Below are positions 59,844-64,000 of a stretch of DNA of 64,000 bases, piece by piece. Every line of letters starts with the position of its first letter. Position 1 is the stretch's first letter. The position numbers and the translations under genes were made by a program. A model generated the notes under the pieces. That model was not told the DNA's origin. It saw only the letters and a list, made by a program, of their open reading frames with translations, and did not search any database. Source of the stretch: a virus. Taxonomy: Duplodnaviria; Caudoviricetes. Where the stretch lies: IMG/VR virus record IMGVR_UViG_3300006810_000046, positions 831 to 64,830 of that record, one strand, 5' to 3'.

Positions 59844-60431
59844 ATGAAAAAAGAACTACAGAACAAGCTATATGAAAAGTTTCCTAAGATATTTAGGCAA
59901 AAAGACCTTTCAATGAAAGAGACAGCAATGTGTTGGGGAATCAGTTGCGGAGATGGGTGGTACAATATTATCGAAGTACTTTGTCATAATATCCAACATC
60001 TTGTTGATAATCCACATAAAAACATTAAAATGTATAGTGAGTGGATAGAAAAAGAGAAGGAAAAAGATGAGCCTTCAAATGATACAATTGAAAGATATGT
60101 AGAATATATTGAAAAAGAAAAAAAGAAAATCATTCCGCAACTAGAGGCGGTTCAAGTAAAGGAAAAATATGGAACACTTAGGTTTTATTTGTATGGATAT
60201 CCCGAACAAGAATTAATTAGAAACACAGTGGACGCATATATCAGCTTTGCTGAAGATATGTCAGGTGTGACATGTGAAGAATGCGGTTCTCCTGGAAACA
60301 CGAGTGGCACTCATTGGATCAAAACAATATGTCAGTCTTGTGAAGAGGAAAATGCTGCTGAAAGATCTCGAATGATTTGGGAGTCTAAACAATTAAAAAT
60401 TGACTTCTCAGGAGGCAAAGATGAATCTTGA
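59844..60431 (+). CDS. Phage hypothetical protein with a C-terminal zinc ribbon
   Basis: CGDGW, QVKEKYGTLRFY and CEECG.PG...WIKTICQSC. Confidence 0.75.
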   Translation: MKKELQNKLYEKFPKIFRQKDLSMKETAMCWGISCGDGWYNIIEVLCHNIQHLVDNPHKNIKMYSEWIEKEKEKDEPSNDTIERYVEYIEKEKKKIIPQLEAVQVKEKYGTLRFYLYGYPEQELIRNTVDAYISFAEDMSGVTCEECGSPGNTSGTHWIKTICQSCEEENAAERSRMIWESKQLKIDFSGGKDES

Positions 60432-60502
60432 GTGGTTTTATATTAATATTTGGAAAAAAGCTAGAAAAGAAGCAGAAGAAAGAGCTAAGGAGCGAAAGAA
60501 AA

Positions 60503-60676
60503 ATGAAACCCGGGAGCAAAGTATTTCACCAGAAACTGGGGACAGGAGTGATACTAACAATGGAAAAGAGAAATAGAGCAATGGTTTTATTTTTTAAAAA
60601 AAGCGAATTCTTAGCTAGAATTGGAAGTGTAAAAGACTTAATAGTAATAGAGGAAAATAATGAAAATAAAAATTAA
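60503..60676 (+). CDS. Small hypothetical protein (SH3-like)
   Basis: MKPGSKVFHQKLGTGVIL...VLF after AAGGAG. Confidence 0.5.
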   Translation: MKPGSKVFHQKLGTGVILTMEKRNRAMVLFFKKSEFLARIGSVKDLIVIEENNENKN

Positions 60677-61076
60677 AAAACTTCACAATGATGCCGTAAT
60701 TCCACAGTATGCAAAGCCAGGAGATGCTGGCATGGATTTAACTGCGGTCGATGTATCCGCTGATCTTGGATATTTAACTTATAAAACCGGAATAGCAATT
60801 CAGATACCTGAAGGTCATGTAGGATTGCTATTCCCTAGATCTTCTATCTACAAGACTGGTCAAACACTTTCAAATTGTGTTGGAGTTATCGATTCAGGAT
60901 ACAGAGGAGAGATTATGATGAAGTTTACTCCTTCACCTTACAGTAATGACTATCAGATTGGTGATAGAATAGGTCAGATAATGATTTTACCTTATCCGCA
61001 AATTAAGTTTGAAGAAGTAGAGTCGCTTGATGAATCTGATCGCGGAGAAGGCGGATATGGAAGCACCGGTAAATGA
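60660..61076 (+). CDS. dut: Trimeric dUTPase
   Basis: DAGMDL, PRSS, GVIDSGYRGEI, GDRIGQ and RGEGGYGSTG. Confidence 0.95.
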   Translation: MKIKIKKLHNDAVIPQYAKPGDAGMDLTAVDVSADLGYLTYKTGIAIQIPEGHVGLLFPRSSIYKTGQTLSNCVGVIDSGYRGEIMMKFTPSPYSNDYQIGDRIGQIMILPYPQIKFEEVESLDESDRGEGGYGSTGK

Positions 61077-61314
61077 AAAAGACATAAAGCCTGGTGACTT
61101 TATTTTAATAAAAATAATGAGCAGGTGGAAAAAATACGAAGTGTCAAGTGTTAAGGACGATTGGATTTACTTTAAAAATCCCGATGGGAAAGAATTTTTC
61201 CTGAATACTAAAATACACATTAATCACATGAAATATCCTAAGGTTAAAAAACCTAAAAAAGATGAGAAACCAAAAGCTCAAAAGAAAAAAACAAGGAAAA
61301 AGAAAAATGAGTGA
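61057..61314 (+). CDS. Small basic hypothetical protein
   Basis: IKPGDFILIK...YEV..V....IYF and a Lys-rich tail. Start is uncertain. Confidence 0.5.
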   Translation: MEAPVNEKDIKPGDFILIKIMSRWKKYEVSSVKDDWIYFKNPDGKEFFLNTKIHINHMKYPKVKKPKKDEKPKAQKKKTRKKKNE

Positions 61315-61867
61315 ATACGATTTTATGCTAAAAAGAATACAAAAGCTGATTATTGATGTTCCAGACTTTCCAAAGTCTGGAATTCTATTTAAAGACATCT
61401 CGCCTATCTTCAGTGATCAAAGCGAGCTAAGAAACTTAATCACAGCGCAAGCACGTTTCATAAAAAACAACGGGCGAGACTTTGATAAAATCGTGGCGAT
61501 AGAATCACGAGGTTTTCTTTTAGGGGCACTTTTAGCTTACGAAACAGGTTTACCCCTAGTGCTTGCCAGAAAAGCAGGAAAGCTGCCTAGAGAAACTGTG
61601 TCAGCTGCTTACGGGCTAGAGTACGGAAGCGACAAAATTGAGATTCACACTAGTGACATTAAACAAGACGATCACATCTTGATTGTTGACGATGTTTTGG
61701 CAACTGGTGGAACAGCGTCAGCAGTTGCTGATATTGTTGACTCGCTAGGCGGAAAAGTTGCAGGTTTTTGGTTTCTCATGGAAGTAAAAGGATTGGAAGG
61801 TCAAGATTCTTTGATTAATAACTGTCCATTTATTGATGCGAGTGATATAGAGGTAGTTTTAAGCTAA
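61307..61867 (+). CDS. apt: Adenine phosphoribosyltransferase
   Basis: VPDFPKSGILFKDISP, IESRGF, RKAGKLP, YGLEYG and LIVDDVLATGGT. Confidence 0.93.
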   Translation: MSEYDFMLKRIQKLIIDVPDFPKSGILFKDISPIFSDQSELRNLITAQARFIKNNGRDFDKIVAIESRGFLLGALLAYETGLPLVLARKAGKLPRETVSAAYGLEYGSDKIEIHTSDIKQDDHILIVDDVLATGGTASAVADIVDSLGGKVAGFWFLMEVKGLEGQDSLINNCPFIDASDIEVVLS

Positions 61868-61896
61868 GACTGATATATGTTTAAAGCGGAGATTTA

Positions 61897-61938
61897 ATGA
61901 GAAATCATATTAGAAAACTAATATTAGAAGTCATTTAA
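61897..61938 (+). CDS. 13-codon micro-ORF consisting only of the leader motif
   Basis: RBS GCGGAG, then MRNHIRKLILEVI followed by TAA-AAA-TAA. Confidence 0.45.
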   Translation: MRNHIRKLILEVI

Positions 61939-62017
61939 AAATAATTGATGCAACTACATTTTAATTTATTTTTTGTCTTTGTTGATTAAAATATACAATA
62001 TTAACAAGGAGATAAAA

Positions 62018-63019
62018 ATGAAAAGAGCATTAGTAACAGGTGGTTGTGGCTTTATTGGAAGCAACCTGACAAAAAAACTAGTAAAACTAGGCTGGCAAGT
62101 AGATGTAGTAGACAATATGTCTAACGGTCACCTTGAGTTATTGGAAGGTTTAAAACTAAGAGTCTTGCCAAATGGCTCGTTTTTTACAGCTTATAAAATG
62201 CAGCCTGATTTAAAAAGAGAAAAAGACGAAGTCTTGGTAATTCAAGATGACTTTTCAGATGACAATGTACTGAATGCAGTTTATCAGGGCTTGTATGATA
62301 CAATATTTCACCAAGCAGCTATGCCGAGAGTTTCTTATTCTGTTGAATTTCCAGCAGAAACGACATACGAAAACATCTCTAAAACTATTAAGCTATTTGA
62401 AGCTGCATCAGAATCTGTCAATAGAATCGTTTGGGCATCCTCATCCTCAGTTTACGGAGGAGCTAAAAACCTGCCTACAAAAGAAACAGAAAAGAAAGAT
62501 CCAAAAAGCCCATATGCGTGGCAGAAATCAGCTATAGAGGATTTTTCTAAATTAGCCTATGATTTATATGGCCTTGACATTGTTTGTTTGCGATACTTTA
62601 ACGTCTTTGGTCCAGGACAGTACGGCGACAGTCCTTATTCCACGGCAGTTTCTGCATGGTGTCATGCAATTAAAAGTGGTGAAGAATGTAGATCAGACGG
62701 TGATGGCGAGCAAACACGCGACATGTGTTATATTGATAACGTTGTTAGCGCAAATATTTTGGCAGCTATGAGAAAAGAACCTTTTAAAGGTGCCTGCTAT
62801 AATATCGCTTGTGGTAGAAAAGTTTCAAACAATGAAATACTTGAAGCTTTAAAAGATCGACTAGGCGATAAAGTAAAAGTTAGACATGCTCCCGAAAGAG
62901 CTGGAGATGTAAAGCACACATTAGCCAGTTATCAAAAAGCCCATACAGACTTTGGATACGAGCCACTTGTTCATTTTTGGGAAGGTTTAGAGAAAACACT
63001 TGTCTGGTGGAATATATAA
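62018..63019 (+). CDS. NAD-dependent nucleotide-sugar epimerase/dehydratase (extended SDR)
   Basis: Likely start ATG 62018. VTGGCGFIGS, ASSSSVYG, YAWQK (YxxxK), LRYFNVFGP and GDGEQTRD. Confidence 0.92.
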   Translation: MKRALVTGGCGFIGSNLTKKLVKLGWQVDVVDNMSNGHLELLEGLKLRVLPNGSFFTAYKMQPDLKREKDEVLVIQDDFSDDNVLNAVYQGLYDTIFHQAAMPRVSYSVEFPAETTYENISKTIKLFEAASESVNRIVWASSSSVYGGAKNLPTKETEKKDPKSPYAWQKSAIEDFSKLAYDLYGLDIVCLRYFNVFGPGQYGDSPYSTAVSAWCHAIKSGEECRSDGDGEQTRDMCYIDNVVSANILAAMRKEPFKGACYNIACGRKVSNNEILEALKDRLGDKVKVRHAPERAGDVKHTLASYQKAHTDFGYEPLVHFWEGLEKTLVWWNI

Positions 63020-63046
63020 TATAGTACAATAATGTTGTGAGGAAAA

Positions 63047-63610
63047 ATGAACAAAATAATTCAGCAGCTTATTAGAGAGCTTTTAAAAGAATCTGATGAT
63101 GAAAAGAAAAAGAAGACCCAGACCCCTAAGGGATATCTTTCCATAAGAAACGTTTCAAGTCCTGTCAGCAACACAGTGTTTGGTCCAATGGCTCATGTCG
63201 CCCGCCAGCTAAAAAAAGGTGCATCATCGGGAACTGCTGCAAAGAAATCAGACAATCCAGAAGTTGAAATGGCTGTAACGTATGACGAAGATAGATTTGC
63301 TTCTATTTTTGAGCAAATTAAAAGCGAGCCTCGCTATTTTTCAATAGGCAATTCAATAACTGTTAATAGAAACGAAATTGTACTTAGTCAAAATCAAGGT
63401 GATGTTTCTTTAGAGGTTAAAAAGAATGAAACAAGATACCCAGGAACAGTTAATTTGGCAGTCTACGGATCCTTTAGCAAGGGAATAGCAGTTAAACACG
63501 CTAACGATTTAATTAGTCCAGAATATGTGTCTGCAATGGACCCGCCAGGCGGCCCGAGTATTGGTGCAACAATAGCACAAGAACCTGCGACTCAAATAAA
63601 TGTCTTCTAA
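63047..63610 (+). CDS. Hypothetical protein with IRELLKE leader
   Basis: RBS GAGG; N-terminus MNKIIQQLIRELLKES. Confidence 0.65.
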   Translation: MNKIIQQLIRELLKESDDEKKKKTQTPKGYLSIRNVSSPVSNTVFGPMAHVARQLKKGASSGTAAKKSDNPEVEMAVTYDEDRFASIFEQIKSEPRYFSIGNSITVNRNEIVLSQNQGDVSLEVKKNETRYPGTVNLAVYGSFSKGIAVKHANDLISPEYVSAMDPPGGPSIGATIAQEPATQINVF

Positions 63611-63998
63611 AATTTCTAAAATTTTCTTGAGTTTTCATGGCAGCTCTATTGAATATTTCGTTGACGGAATCTTTTTCTTGCTTTGTCATGGTTTGATATA
63701 CTGCAGACGGTATATCAGTTTTAGTCTTGCTGTTTCCTTGAACCAGCTCTCCATGATCTAGCTTTGAAGCTAGGCTGTTTAATTTCTTAACATGTTCTTG
63801 CGTAGGGTTGCTATGCCATCTGTTCTTGCCATGAAGAAATGTCGTCGAATTGCACGCATCAGCCCAAAGTAAAACCAACTCTTTAAGGCTATTTGGCATG
63901 GCTCTTACACCCTCTGGAACCATTTGGTTATAATTGTTTTTCCCCACTTGGTTTAAAGCATTTATCCATGCCTCTATGTTTGAAATAACGGCAGGATC
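63513..63998 (-). CDS. Hypothetical protein (partial, starts beyond the window end)
   Basis: The frame of ORF 63513..63947 stays open to the window edge. It overlaps the + strand gene convergently. Confidence 0.5.
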   Translation of the reverse strand, partial: DPAVISNIEAWINALNQVGKNNYNQMVPEGVRAMPNSLKELVLLWADACNSTTFLHGKNRWHSNPTQEHVKKLNSLASKLDHGELVQGNSKTKTDIPSAVYQTMTKQEKDSVNEIFNRAAMKTQENFRNFRRHLFESQVLVLLLHQYSGRLAGPLQTHILD

Positions 63999-64000
63999 AA

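Noticed and set aside
60421-60576. 51-aa ORF MNLEWFYINIWKK... with a GGAGG RBS
   Set aside because: It is plausible but overlaps the 60503 ORF substantially and has no recognisable motif, so I could not support it as a feature.
190-63610. Genome-wide reassignment of a stop codon (TAA, TAG or TGA)
   Set aside because: The capsid, both sheaths, the tube and the RNR end in TAA at their expected C-termini, the capsid gene just before a terminator. TAG and TGA also end genes normally, and coding density under the standard code is already high.

Overview
This AT-rich window is a segment of a large T4-like (myovirus-type) jumbo bacteriophage genome, coded almost entirely on the + strand with GGAG-type RBSs. 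Bases 1-27 kb hold the morphogenesis genes: scaffold C-terminus, gp23-like major capsid, neck proteins, two tandem tail sheaths, tube, frameshifted tail chaperone, tape measure and baseplate. Bases 27-37 kb hold replication genes: a short PolA-like protein, gp32-like SSB, RecA/UvsX, 5'-3' exonuclease, DnaB-like helicase, class II RNR and ClpP. Bases 37-64 kb hold an endolysin, accessory genes, DnaE and many nucleotide-metabolism genes. The most interesting candidates are: (1) a possible new pyrimidine-modification pathway (a second ThyX with Cys at the conserved Ser position, a dNMP-kinase fused to a dCMP-hydroxymethylase-like domain, all-alpha dNTP pyrophosphatases, a HAD nucleotidase and an NDT-family hydrolase); (2) a shared basic amphipathic N-terminal leader (IRKIIKE-like) on about 10 unrelated proteins, also present as a duplicated DNA cassette and as a stand-alone 13-codon ORF, suggesting a modular capsid-targeting tag; (3) a phage homologue of the myxobacterial gliding protein CglF/GltF; (4) two promoter classes; (5) several reading-frame interruptions, some probably programmed and some probably assembly errors; (6) a GTTAA pentamer array and a candidate structured 5' UTR RNA. 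All family assignments come from motifs recognised by eye; no database search was run.
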